From contig JBKOWN010000010.1 in assembly GCA_046724435.1 (NCBI GenBank), positions 1 through 46,020 on the forward strand: a DNA stretch of 46,020 nucleotides, given 5' to 3'. A program made the translations under genes and the position numbers. The stretch comes from Actinomycetota bacterium. GTDB taxonomy: Bacteria > Actinomycetota > Acidimicrobiia > IMCC26256 > JACDBD01. Under the pieces are notes generated by a model. That model searched no databases and was not told the origin of the DNA. It saw only the letters and a list, made by a program, of their open reading frames with translations. The number at the start of each line of letters is the position of its first letter. The first letter of the stretch is position 1. Below, one piece after another: positions 29,743 through 38,342 of the stretch.

Positions 29743-30941
29743 ACATCGATCTGCTCGACCCGGCATCGTTCGCCGACGGCCAGCCCCACGACCAGTTCCG
29801 CTGGCTGCGGGACAACGCCGCGATATACCGCCATCCGGAGCCGGACGGCCCCGGCTTCTGGGCCGTCACCCGGTACGACGACGTGCGGGAGGTGGGGCGC
29901 GACCCCGAGCACTATTCGTCGGTGCCGACGATCATGATCCCCGACTTCGCGGACGTCGACTTCGGCGACCACCAGATGATGATCACGTCGGACCCGCCGC
30001 GTCACACGCGCCTGCGGCGCATCATCAACAGCCAGTTCACGCCCCGGGGCGCCGAAAGGCTGCGGCTGCGTATCGATGAGCTCGCCGCCGAGATCATCGA
30101 CGCCGTGATCGAGCGGGGCGAGTGCGACGCCGTCACGGACATCGCCGGCGAGATGCCCTCGTTCGTCATCGCCGAGCTGCTGGGGATCCCACTCGACGAC
30201 GGGCGCCGGCTCTACCAACTCACCGAGACCATTCACGCCGCCCCCGAGACCGTGCCGCCGGGCGCGGGCTTGAACGCGATCGTCGAGATGTTCAACTACG
30301 CCCGCCAGGTCGCCGAGGACAAGCGCGCGCATCCCGGTGACGACCTGGCGAGCCGCATCCTCGGCGCCGAGGTCGACGGCGAGCGACTCGACGACATCGA
30401 CTTCAACCTGTTCTTCCTGCTGCTCATCGACGCCGGCGGCGACACCACCCGCAACCTCGTCGGCGGTGGCCTCGTCGCGCTGTTCGACCATCCCGACGAG
30501 CGCCGCCGCCTCCAGGACGATCTCGACGCCATGCTCCCGAGCGCGGTGGACGAGATGCTGCGCTGGGTGAGCCCGGTGATCTACATGCGCCGCACCGCTA
30601 CGCAGGACTGCGAGCTCGCGGGCACGCCGATCCCGGCCGGCGACAAGGTGGTCATGTACTACGGCTCCGCCAACCGCGACGAACGCGCCTTCGCCGAGCC
30701 CGACCGCTTCGACGTCGGACGCGCACCGAACGAGCACATCGCGTTCGGAGGCGGCGGACCGCACTTCTGCCTGGGATCGCACATCGCGCGGGTCGAGATC
30801 CAGGCAATGTTGCGCGAGCTGCTCACACGGCTACCCGACATCTCCCCCGCCGGCCCCGCCGAGTGGCTGGCGTCGAACTTCATCTCCGGGCCCAAGCACC
30901 TGCCGGTGCAGTTCAAGCCCGCCCGGCGCGCCACCGCCTGA
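29739..30941 (+). CDS. Cytochrome P450 (CYP125/142-like resemblance)
   Basis: DPP.HTRLR, AGGDTTRN, EMLR, SANRDE..F and FGGGGPHFCLG heme motif; GTGA overlap. Confidence 0.93.
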   Translation: MNIDLLDPASFADGQPHDQFRWLRDNAAIYRHPEPDGPGFWAVTRYDDVREVGRDPEHYSSVPTIMIPDFADVDFGDHQMMITSDPPRHTRLRRIINSQFTPRGAERLRLRIDELAAEIIDAVIERGECDAVTDIAGEMPSFVIAELLGIPLDDGRRLYQLTETIHAAPETVPPGAGLNAIVEMFNYARQVAEDKRAHPGDDLASRILGAEVDGERLDDIDFNLFFLLLIDAGGDTTRNLVGGGLVALFDHPDERRRLQDDLDAMLPSAVDEMLRWVSPVIYMRRTATQDCELAGTPIPAGDKVVMYYGSANRDERAFAEPDRFDVGRAPNEHIAFGGGGPHFCLGSHIARVEIQAMLRELLTRLPDISPAGPAEWLASNFISGPKHLPVQFKPARRATA

Positions 30942-30947
30942 CCGGCC

Positions 30948-31244
30948 TCAGAGCTTGGACTTGGCGATGCAGATGGTGAGGTGCGCGTTCAGCACCGCGT
31001 CGCGAGTGGCGTCCGAGACGCCGGCGTCGGCTTCGGCCGCCGCTTTGGCGCTGTCGCCGGCCTGCTCGAGCTCGATGACGGCTTCCCGCTCGTCGTCCAC
31101 GCGAGTGGCCTTCTCGGCCTTCGCCGCGAACTCACCCACGACCGCGACGGTGACGGGAGACGCTCCCTGATCGGCACGGACGACGTTCAGCGCGTCGTCT
31201 GCCTGCGCCCGGACTTCCCGCAACCGCTCGGTGACCTTGGTCAC
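30948..31244 (-). CDS. Small hypothetical protein
   Basis: Coding-like helical ORF; TAATCT 6 nt before GTG. Confidence 0.65.
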   Translation of the reverse strand: MTKVTERLREVRAQADDALNVVRADQGASPVTVAVVGEFAAKAEKATRVDDEREAVIELEQAGDSAKAAAEADAGVSDATRDAVLNAHLTICIAKSKL

Positions 31245-31284
31245 AGAGCGAGATTACGCCCGAACGCCCAGGCGGAGCGAGGGC

Positions 31285-31740
31285 GTGCGGCTGGGTGACC
31301 GGAGGGTCCGCGACCTGGGCGATGCCGCCCATTACCGTCTCGATATCCGGGTTTCTCCAGTTGTCTCTCCACGCGCGCGTCCTCATGCGCCCTCACGCCG
31401 CTTCTTCGCGGCGGTTGTTGTCGCGGCGGCGCTCTTCGCGGTCGGCTGCTTCGCGCCCAACTCGTCGGGATCATTCAGCGTGCACCACGACGACCCGTTC
31501 CTCACGTGCGTGCGCCGGGTCGAGTCCGGCGGCAACTATCAAGCCCTCTCACCCGGCGGCCAGTTCCGCGGCGCGTACCAGTTCCTCCAGAGCACGTGGG
31601 ATGCCACCGCGAACCACATCGGCGCCCGGGATCTCGTCGGCCTCGACCCCATCACCGCCAGCCCGACGCTGCAGGACGACATGGCGTGGGCGCTCTTCCA
31701 GTGGCAGGGGACGGGGCCGTGGGCGGGCAACGGCTGCTGA
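31285..31740 (+). CDS. Small Rpf-like/transglycosylase protein, probable lipoprotein
   Basis: AVGC lipobox-like; CVRRVESGGNY...GAYQFLQSTW...QD..A...G.GPW; start uncertain. Confidence 0.78.
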   Translation: MRLGDRRVRDLGDAAHYRLDIRVSPVVSPRARPHAPSRRFFAAVVVAAALFAVGCFAPNSSGSFSVHHDDPFLTCVRRVESGGNYQALSPGGQFRGAYQFLQSTWDATANHIGARDLVGLDPITASPTLQDDMAWALFQWQGTGPWAGNGC

Positions 31741-31881
31741 GCTGAGGCGCGCTCGGCGCTCAGCGACCGTCGAAGAACCGGTCGTACGCCTCGGGATCGA
31801 CGGGCGCGTCCCAGAGGTCCGTGATCTTCTCCTCGAGGGTCGATGTCGAGCGTCGCGCCGCCAGTGCGCCCCCGCCGGGAT

Positions 31882-33054
31882 TCAGGGGGTCGGCTCCGAC
31901 TCCACGTCGAAGTACTCCATGTAGCGGCGAGCCCGATCGCGGACGGCGCCAGGGTCGAGACCCGTGTCGGCGAAGGAGTACTCGTGGGCGCCGTGCTTGT
32001 CGGCCCGGTTCTCGGCCAGGAAGCGACGCATGCGCGCTTCTGCGTCCGGCGTGAGCTCGGCGCCGAGGCGGTCGTAGATCGATCGGATGGTGCGGAACGG
32101 GTCAGCCATGAACGCGGCGTAGTGGACGTCGACGACCCGGTCGGTGGGAATCGTGCCTTCTTCGCGCGCGGTCACCGAGCGGTCGAGCGCATCGAGGACG
32201 GGGTCGCCCCACTCGGCGGCGACGTCCGCGATCAACACGTCGTCAGCCGCCGTGCCCTGGACGACTGCAAACAGCGACGAGAGAGACGCGATGACGCGCA
32301 GCGGGTCGCGGTGCGTCTGAACGACGAGCGCGTCCGGGTACTCGGCCAGCAGCGCGGGCAGCGCCCACAGGTGGGCGCCCGTCTTGAGGACCCAGCGACC
32401 ACCGGGGTTGCGCCACTGAAGCAGCTGCAGGAACTGCCGGTGCCACCGGTACGCCGGCGCCATGTCGGCCTCGCGCGTGACCCAGTGAAGGTACGACGGC
32501 AGACGGAACTGGCTGTTGAAGATCGCGCTGGCGAACTCGCCGCCGGTGATCACGATGCACTCCTGGCCCAGGCGCGCGCCCATCGGGTGCATCGAGCGCA
32601 GCTCGGGACGCATCTCGTACGCGAGATCGATCCCGGCTTGCGATTCGGCGATGCGGGGATCGGTCTCGTAGGTCGCCGCTTCGGGAGGCGGGCTCGGGTG
32701 GTCCACTTCCCACGTGCGGGGGACACGGTTGGCCGGATCCTGGCCGAACAGGTCGTGCAGGATCGTCGAGCCGGTGCGCCCCATGCCGATCATGACGATC
32801 GGCGGCGTAACGTCGGCCGTGCCGATCTCCGGATCGCGGCGGTGCCAGTCGGTCACCTGCAAGCGGTTCCTGAGGTGGCCGACCAGGACCATCGGCGCCA
32901 TCACCTCGCCGACCTCGTTGAGGCGCGCCTCGTTGTTCAGCCCGTCGACGAGGCGGTCGAGCCCGATCCGGAACGTGTCGGGGCCGAAGTCGTCGAGGCC
33001 GGTCTGCTCAGATGCGCTGTTGATGAGCTGTTCGGTGACGAGATCCGCCGTCAT
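31882..33054 (-). CDS. Sulfotransferase family protein
   Basis: GMGRTGSTIL 5'-PSB loop, WVLKT..H, QTHRDP...S and H.YS..D.GL; TACGAT 7 nt before ATG. Confidence 0.9.
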   Translation of the reverse strand: MTADLVTEQLINSASEQTGLDDFGPDTFRIGLDRLVDGLNNEARLNEVGEVMAPMVLVGHLRNRLQVTDWHRRDPEIGTADVTPPIVMIGMGRTGSTILHDLFGQDPANRVPRTWEVDHPSPPPEAATYETDPRIAESQAGIDLAYEMRPELRSMHPMGARLGQECIVITGGEFASAIFNSQFRLPSYLHWVTREADMAPAYRWHRQFLQLLQWRNPGGRWVLKTGAHLWALPALLAEYPDALVVQTHRDPLRVIASLSSLFAVVQGTAADDVLIADVAAEWGDPVLDALDRSVTAREEGTIPTDRVVDVHYAAFMADPFRTIRSIYDRLGAELTPDAEARMRRFLAENRADKHGAHEYSFADTGLDPGAVRDRARRYMEYFDVESEPTP

Positions 33055-33119
33055 CGGCCGGATCGTACGCGCGCGGGCCCGCTCTTGAACGCGATGAGGA
33101 CCTTGATCACAATGCAACG

Positions 33120-33764
33120 TCAGCGGTTCGGGTGCGTCTCGCGCCAGAGTGTCGATAAATACCGCTGGCGCGCGCCGAGGTCGTTCATCGCCGCGGTGAA
33201 CGCTGGCTCCATTCCGGGCGGCGGCAACTCGTTCATCGTGATCAAGGTGTTTCGGTTCAGCACGTACCCGATCCCGCGAAACAGAGCGTGCTTTGCACCC
33301 CGCCGAAGTTCGGAAAAGGCCTCTTCGTAGTCCGTGTAGCTCTTGGCGTGACGTTCCAGCGCGGACGCGGACTTGAAAACGAAGGCGTCGATGACTCCGA
33401 CCCTGTTGGCGTCGGCCCCGTACACGTCGCCGGTATGAGGATCGACGGTCGGGCACGCTTGGGGCGCGACGACGACGATGCGCGCCCGCCGTGCCCGCTC
33501 GTCGCGGAAAGGTCTGCTGTCCTGCGCGTCACTGAACGTGGGCCAGTCAGGCGTTCCGCACGCGGTGATGCCGTGCGCTTGTAACGCCGCGCCGACGGTC
33601 GCGAAGACGGGCGGAGGCGGTTCGGTCGGCGACGGCACCTGCGCCGCGACCATCTCCCCCGTGGCGGCGACCACGAGCGCGACGACGAGTGCCGCAACCG
33701 CGACCTTCACCGTGACCGCCACACGCGGCCCAGGCGCGCAAGTCACCGGGGTCGAGTGTCCCAC
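33120..33764 (-). CDS. Secreted hypothetical protein
   Basis: Hydrophobic signal-like segment followed by a coding-like domain; start uncertain. Confidence 0.5.
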   Translation of the reverse strand: MGHSTPVTCAPGPRVAVTVKVAVAALVVALVVAATGEMVAAQVPSPTEPPPPVFATVGAALQAHGITACGTPDWPTFSDAQDSRPFRDERARRARIVVVAPQACPTVDPHTGDVYGADANRVGVIDAFVFKSASALERHAKSYTDYEEAFSELRRGAKHALFRGIGYVLNRNTLITMNELPPPGMEPAFTAAMNDLGARQRYLSTLWRETHPNR

Positions 33765-33818
33765 CTGGAACTGGCGAGGTCACGTTGCGTTCATTGCCCT
33801 CGCCGTGGCCACCGGCGA

Positions 33819-34207
33819 GCCTTCGAGGAGGCCAACCGGAACAAGTCGGTGGCCGCCTACGCGAAGAACGTCGGCGGCAAGGGCAACGCGGACGGCTTCG
33901 GCGCGCAAGCGTGGACCGCCGGGCTGTTCTTCCGCGACGTCGGCGACAACGTTGCGCAGGCCGACGGCAGGAACGGCATCACGCCAGCCGCTTCCTCGAG
34001 GAGGCGGCGAAGCTCCACGACTTCACGGCGAGCGTGGACGGTGACGGCATGCTCGGCCCCACCGACGTCGGCGGGCACAGGGTCAGCCCCTCCTTCCTCC
34101 TCATGCAGGTGAAGGAGAACAGGTACGTGCGGGTCTTCCCAAAGCAGGCGAACACGTTCGATTGCGACCCGAAGAACGTATTCACGATCAAGTTGGACCA
34201 GTCGTAG
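33819..34207 (+). pseudogene. C-terminal remnant of an ABC substrate-binding protein (branched-chain/LivJ-like), frameshifted
   Basis: FEEAN...GFGAQAWTAGLFF...NGIT, then a switch of frame near 33985 to RFLEEAAKLHDFTA.GMLGPTD...RVFP...TFDCDP.N; no 5' part. Confidence 0.65.
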
Positions 34208-34290
34208 ACGGGGCCCTGCGTCAGGGCAATCCTGTAGGCGGGCGGCGCCGTAGTTCTGGCGTCGGACCAAACCGCAGCGAAAGGAAAGGC

Positions 34291-34908
34291 ATGCACTACG
34301 GAACAGCAGGCGCCGGCACGAGGGTGGCGCGCCGTTCCCGAACCCGCCCTCGGAAGTACCGCATCTCTGCGTTCGTCGCCCTGGGCGCCGCCGCAGTGAT
34401 CGCGCTGGCAGCGTGCGGCGGATCGAGCAGCACGAGCTCGAAGAAGTCGACGACCACGACCTCAAAGGGCGCAGCGGCCGCGGCAGCCGTCGTCAAGACG
34501 GCCAACAGCTCGACGCTCGGCACGATCGTGGTCGATAGCACCGGTAAGACCGTCTACACGCTCACGAACGGGGGCCAGCAGGTTGCGTGCTCGGGAGCAT
34601 GCCTGCAGATCTGGCCGGCCGTGTCACTGCCCGCCGGGACGACGAACGCAACCGGCTCCGGCGTGCAGAACGTGGCCGCGATGGGCACGCAGGTCACGGT
34701 CAACGGCGCGCCCGTCTACACCTTCTCCGGTGACGCGTCGGCGGGATCGACCAACGGCGAGGGCATCACCAGCTTCGGCGGTACCTGGCACGTGGTGAAG
34801 GCCGGCGGCGCGAGCAGCGGTGGGAGCACCGGCGGCGGGAGTGGGAGCACCGGCGGCGGGAGTGGCAGCACCCCTGCCACGACGAGCATGGGCGGCTCCG
34901 GGTACTGA
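34291..34908 (+). CDS. Lipoprotein with Yx(FWY)xxD repeats (COG4315-like)
   Basis: LAAC lipobox; G.TVY, CSGAC..IWP, QVT.NG.P.YTFSGD and GTWHVV; AAGGAAAGG RBS. Confidence 0.85.
   Translation: MHYGTAGAGTRVARRSRTRPRKYRISAFVALGAAAVIALAACGGSSSTSSKKSTTTTSKGAAAAAAVVKTANSSTLGTIVVDSTGKTVYTLTNGGQQVACSGACLQIWPAVSLPAGTTNATGSGVQNVAAMGTQVTVNGAPVYTFSGDASAGSTNGEGITSFGGTWHVVKAGGASSGGSTGGGSGSTGGGSGSTPATTSMGGSGY
34820..34872 (+). repeat. 21-bp tandem repeat (about 2.5 copies) encoding a G/S/T linker
   Basis: GTGGGAGCACCGGCGGCGGGA twice, plus a partial copy. Confidence 0.85.
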
Positions 34909-34914
34909 CGCTGG

Positions 34915-35196
34915 TCAGTCGCGCCCTTCGGGCAACGGGGGCTTCCTGCCGGGATTGGCCGGCGGAAGCTCCCGGCCCGATGGCTCGGGCTTCTCGTTCT
35001 CGTCCTCGTCGTGCTCGTCCTCGTCGTGGCCGAGGAAACCTCTGAGGTCGTCGTCGAACGAGTCGCGGAACTTACGGAACTCGGCGAGCCCGCGGCCCAT
35101 CTGACGGCCGACCTCCGGGAGCTTGGACGGCCCGAAGACGAGCAGTGCCACCACCAACACGATCAAGAGGTGCCAGGGGGCAAAGAGGCCTTCCAC
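34915..35196 (-). CDS. TatA/TatB family subunit
   Basis: WHLLIVLVVALLVFGPSKLPEVGRQMGRGLAEFRK followed by an acidic tail. Confidence 0.9.
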   Translation of the reverse strand: MEGLFAPWHLLIVLVVALLVFGPSKLPEVGRQMGRGLAEFRKFRDSFDDDLRGFLGHDEDEHDEDENEKPEPSGRELPPANPGRKPPLPEGRD

Positions 35197-35333
35197 GTCA
35201 CGCGAGCGTATCCACGCGATGCGGGAGTCACGTCGCGACCTAGGCGGCTCGGATCCTCCTGAGGGCTGAGCAGATTCCGGGCCGCGGTCGACCATCCACC
35301 AATTGCGGGGCCGCACTCGTTACCTTGCAGCGC

Positions 35334-36083
35334 ATGCCGCGAAGAGGCAGAAGCCTCCGCGCCCGCGCTCTCGCATGGTGGCAGCGCAGCCACGCCGATC
35401 CGGACAGGCGCGCCTTTCGCCGCATCGGCGTCATCTCGTTCGGCGCCCTCGGCGGCTCCGTGATCCTGGCCAAGATCTCGCAGGACGCGCCCGCCGCCGG
35501 CGTGATCAGGGCGTTCGCGATCACGCTGTTCCTCCTCGCAGCGCTCACGCTGCTCGCCGTCGTCCTCCTCATGGGCGAGGAGATGGTCGACGCGATGGAC
35601 GAGTCCGACCCGATGCGCGCGCGCCACGGCGGCGCCTACGGCCCCCGCCTCAACCGCTACTTCCGAAAGGCCGGGCGCGATGCCCGTGCGTGGATCACGT
35701 CGCTCCCCGGGAACGTCGCCGCGCTGCGCCGCGGGATCACGCGCGAGTCCCTGTCGCGATTCACCGCCGCATCGGGAGCGGCCCTCGGCGGCATCCCGCC
35801 CGCCGACGTCCCGCCGCCCCGGAGCGCCGGGCGACTGGCGCGACCCAGGCGCGAGCCGCCTCCGCCGCCTGAGCAGGTCCCGCCTGAGCAGGTCCCGCCC
35901 GAGCCCTCGCCGCCGGCGCGCCGCGTCCCGGCATTTCGTTCCTCCAGCTCCGGGTCGCCGGTGGTGGCGCGGCGGCCGATCAAGGCCAGGTCGTCCCGGA
36001 CCGGTCGACCGACCCGGCGCTCGGAACGCAGCGCTCCGCGTACGGGTCGCGCCGGCCAACCCGGCGGTCGATCCCCGCGCTGA
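35334..36083 (+). CDS. Hypothetical membrane protein with a Pro/Arg-rich tail
   Basis: Two TM segments; TACCTT 7 nt before ATG; 15-bp tandem repeat at 35865-35894 (PPEQV twice). Confidence 0.55.
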   Translation: MPRRGRSLRARALAWWQRSHADPDRRAFRRIGVISFGALGGSVILAKISQDAPAAGVIRAFAITLFLLAALTLLAVVLLMGEEMVDAMDESDPMRARHGGAYGPRLNRYFRKAGRDARAWITSLPGNVAALRRGITRESLSRFTAASGAALGGIPPADVPPPRSAGRLARPRREPPPPPEQVPPEQVPPEPSPPARRVPAFRSSSSGSPVVARRPIKARSSRTGRPTRRSERSAPRTGRAGQPGGRSPR

Positions 36084-36122
36084 CAGGGCGGCGCCGAAGA
36101 CACGTCATCTAGCGTGTCGACG

Positions 36123-36704
36123 ATGAGCACGAGCGAGCCGGCACGCCCACAGACACCGCGCATCCCGCCCGTCGGCGACGACGAGATGGACGAGGAGACG
36201 CGCGTGCTCCTCGAGGAGGTCCGGCTCCCCAACGCCGAGGCCCTCAACATCTTCGCCACGCTCGTGCGGCATCCGGGACTGTTCCGACGTTGGATGCCGT
36301 TCGCGGGCAAGCTCCTTGCGGGCAAGCTCCCCGCCCGTGATCGCGAGCTCCTGATCCTGCGGACGGCGTGGCGATGCCGTTCGCCGTACGAGTGGGGGCA
36401 GCACGTACGCCTGGCGAAGGCGGCGGAGATCTCCGACGAGGAGATCAACCGCATCGTCGCCGGGCCCGACGCGCCCGGTTGGGAGCCGTTCGACCGGACG
36501 CTCCTGAACGCCGCCGACGAGCTCCACGACGACTCCGGCATCACGGATGCCACGTGGTCCGCGCTCGCGGCGCGCTACGACGAACGGCAGGTGATCGAGG
36601 TGCCGATGCTCGTCGGCCAGTATCACATGGTCGCCTTCACGCTGAACTCGCTGGGCGTGGAACGCGAGCCGGGCGTCCCGGGCCTGCCCGACGGGCACGT
36701 GTAG
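36123..36704 (+). CDS. Carboxymuconolactone decarboxylase / AhpD-like protein
   Basis: NIFATL.RHP, RELLILRTAW....YEW.QH and A.DEL motifs. Confidence 0.88.
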   Translation: MSTSEPARPQTPRIPPVGDDEMDEETRVLLEEVRLPNAEALNIFATLVRHPGLFRRWMPFAGKLLAGKLPARDRELLILRTAWRCRSPYEWGQHVRLAKAAEISDEEINRIVAGPDAPGWEPFDRTLLNAADELHDDSGITDATWSALAARYDERQVIEVPMLVGQYHMVAFTLNSLGVEREPGVPGLPDGHV

Positions 36705-36706
36705 GC

Positions 36707-37525
36707 GTGGACCCCGAGCTGCCCGACGAGGCTGCCGGACGCGCGCCGGGGCGTGGCCGGCTCGACGGACGACGGCTGCTCGTCGTCGGTGCCGGCACAC
36801 GACGCACCGACGACCCCGACGCGCCGATCGGCAACGGGCGAGCGATCGCCGCGCTCGCGGCCCGTGAAGGCGCCATGGTCGCCTGCGCCGACCGCGACGA
36901 GGCCGCCGCGCTCGCGACGGCTGAGCTCATCACCGCCGACGGCGGCAGCGCCGAGGTGCTCGTAGCCGACGTCACCCGCCCGGCCGACTGCGCGGCTGTC
37001 GTCGCCGGCGCCGAGGCACGCCTCGGCGCGCTCGACGGGCTGGTGCTCAATATCGGCATCGGAGAAGGCCGCCTCCTCGAGGGCACGACCGTGGAGGACT
37101 GGGACAGGACGTTCGCAGTCAACGTTCGGGCGCACTTTCTCGTGTGCAAGGCGGCCGTGCCCACGCTCGCCGACCGGGCCGCGGTCGTGTTCATCAGCTC
37201 GATCGCCGGGATCACGCCCGGGAGCAGCCTGCCCGCGTACGACACGTCGAAGGCCGCGCTCGGTGGCCTGTGCCGGCACGTCGCGCACGAAGGCGCGCGG
37301 CGCGGGATCCGGGCCAACGTCGTCGCCCCCGGCCTCATCGACACGCCCATCGGCCGGGCCGCGTCGGCGGGGCGGCCGTCGCGCGATCGCACACCCGTGC
37401 CGCTCCGGCGTCAGGGCACGGGCTGGGAGATCGCCTACGGGACGGTGTTCCTGCTCTCCGACGAAGCGAGCTACGTCACCGGCCAGACGCTGGTCGTCGA
37501 CGGCGGGCTCACGGCCCTTCGTTAG
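36707..37525 (+). CDS. SDR family oxidoreductase
   Basis: GNGRAIA, YDTSK (YxxxK), IRANVVAPGLIDT and YVTGQTLVVDGG. Confidence 0.92.
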   Translation: MDPELPDEAAGRAPGRGRLDGRRLLVVGAGTRRTDDPDAPIGNGRAIAALAAREGAMVACADRDEAAALATAELITADGGSAEVLVADVTRPADCAAVVAGAEARLGALDGLVLNIGIGEGRLLEGTTVEDWDRTFAVNVRAHFLVCKAAVPTLADRAAVVFISSIAGITPGSSLPAYDTSKAALGGLCRHVAHEGARRGIRANVVAPGLIDTPIGRAASAGRPSRDRTPVPLRRQGTGWEIAYGTVFLLSDEASYVTGQTLVVDGGLTALR

Positions 37526-38298
37526 GCCTCCGGCGCGGACTCTCCCGCCCGGTGCGCGTCGATCTCGGCCTGCAGCTGTTGGAGCGCTGAGACGAATTGG
37601 CGGCGGGCCTCGTCGGCGTACGGGTTGCTGATCTGGCTCGTGTCGAACATGTCGACGGTGTGCTGCTGCTCGATGAAGGCGATCTCGGCCAGCTTCTCGA
37701 ACGACGGGATGGCGAGCACGTCCCGGTGCTTGAGGTCCAGCAGATCGATCCAGACGAGTGCGCGCGCGATGAAGAAGGGGAGTGACTGCATGTATGCCAT
37801 CGCGCGGTCATGCTCGTCGGGCGGGATCGACACCACTTCCAGCCCGAGATCGTCCTCGAGGAATCCCCGGAAGCCGGCCGCCGCCGGACCGCGCTCGGCC
37901 GTCACGACGACTCGCAGGCCCGGCTCGATCCGAACCATCGACGGCGGCCCGAACAGCGGGTGAGTGGCCAGCAGGTTCGTGTCGGGAGGGAGGATCTCGT
38001 CGAGCAGCTTCCCCGCCCGCTCCTTGGTCGAGACCACGTCCATCACCACGGTGTCGGGACCGAGCAGATCACGGAGCTGCTGCAAGACGCCGGCGAGCGC
38101 CGCGAACGGCACGGCGAGGATGACGACGTCCGCCGCCGCGACTTCCTCGAGAGCGGCCGATCGCACGCCGTCGGTCGTGTGCCCGAGTTTGGCGTCGTCG
38201 GCGTCGTAGACGAGAACCTTCCCGAGCCGCGCCAGCGACGCAGCGAGGAACTGCCCGAAGTGGCCGTAGCCGACGATGCCGAACGTCTCGAACCGCAT
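37522..38298 (-). CDS. tyrA: Prephenate/arogenate dehydrogenase
   Basis: GYGHFG, ILAVP, DVVSTK, THPLFGP and EHDRAMA..Q. Confidence 0.85.
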   Translation of the reverse strand: MRFETFGIVGYGHFGQFLAASLARLGKVLVYDADDAKLGHTTDGVRSAALEEVAAADVVILAVPFAALAGVLQQLRDLLGPDTVVMDVVSTKERAGKLLDEILPPDTNLLATHPLFGPPSMVRIEPGLRVVVTAERGPAAAGFRGFLEDDLGLEVVSIPPDEHDRAMAYMQSLPFFIARALVWIDLLDLKHRDVLAIPSFEKLAEIAFIEQQHTVDMFDTSQISNPYADEARRQFVSALQQLQAEIDAHRAGESAPEA

Positions 38299-38342
38299 GG
38301 CGTTCGGAGCGTATCCGCCGTGACGGCAAATCCTTCGACGGA

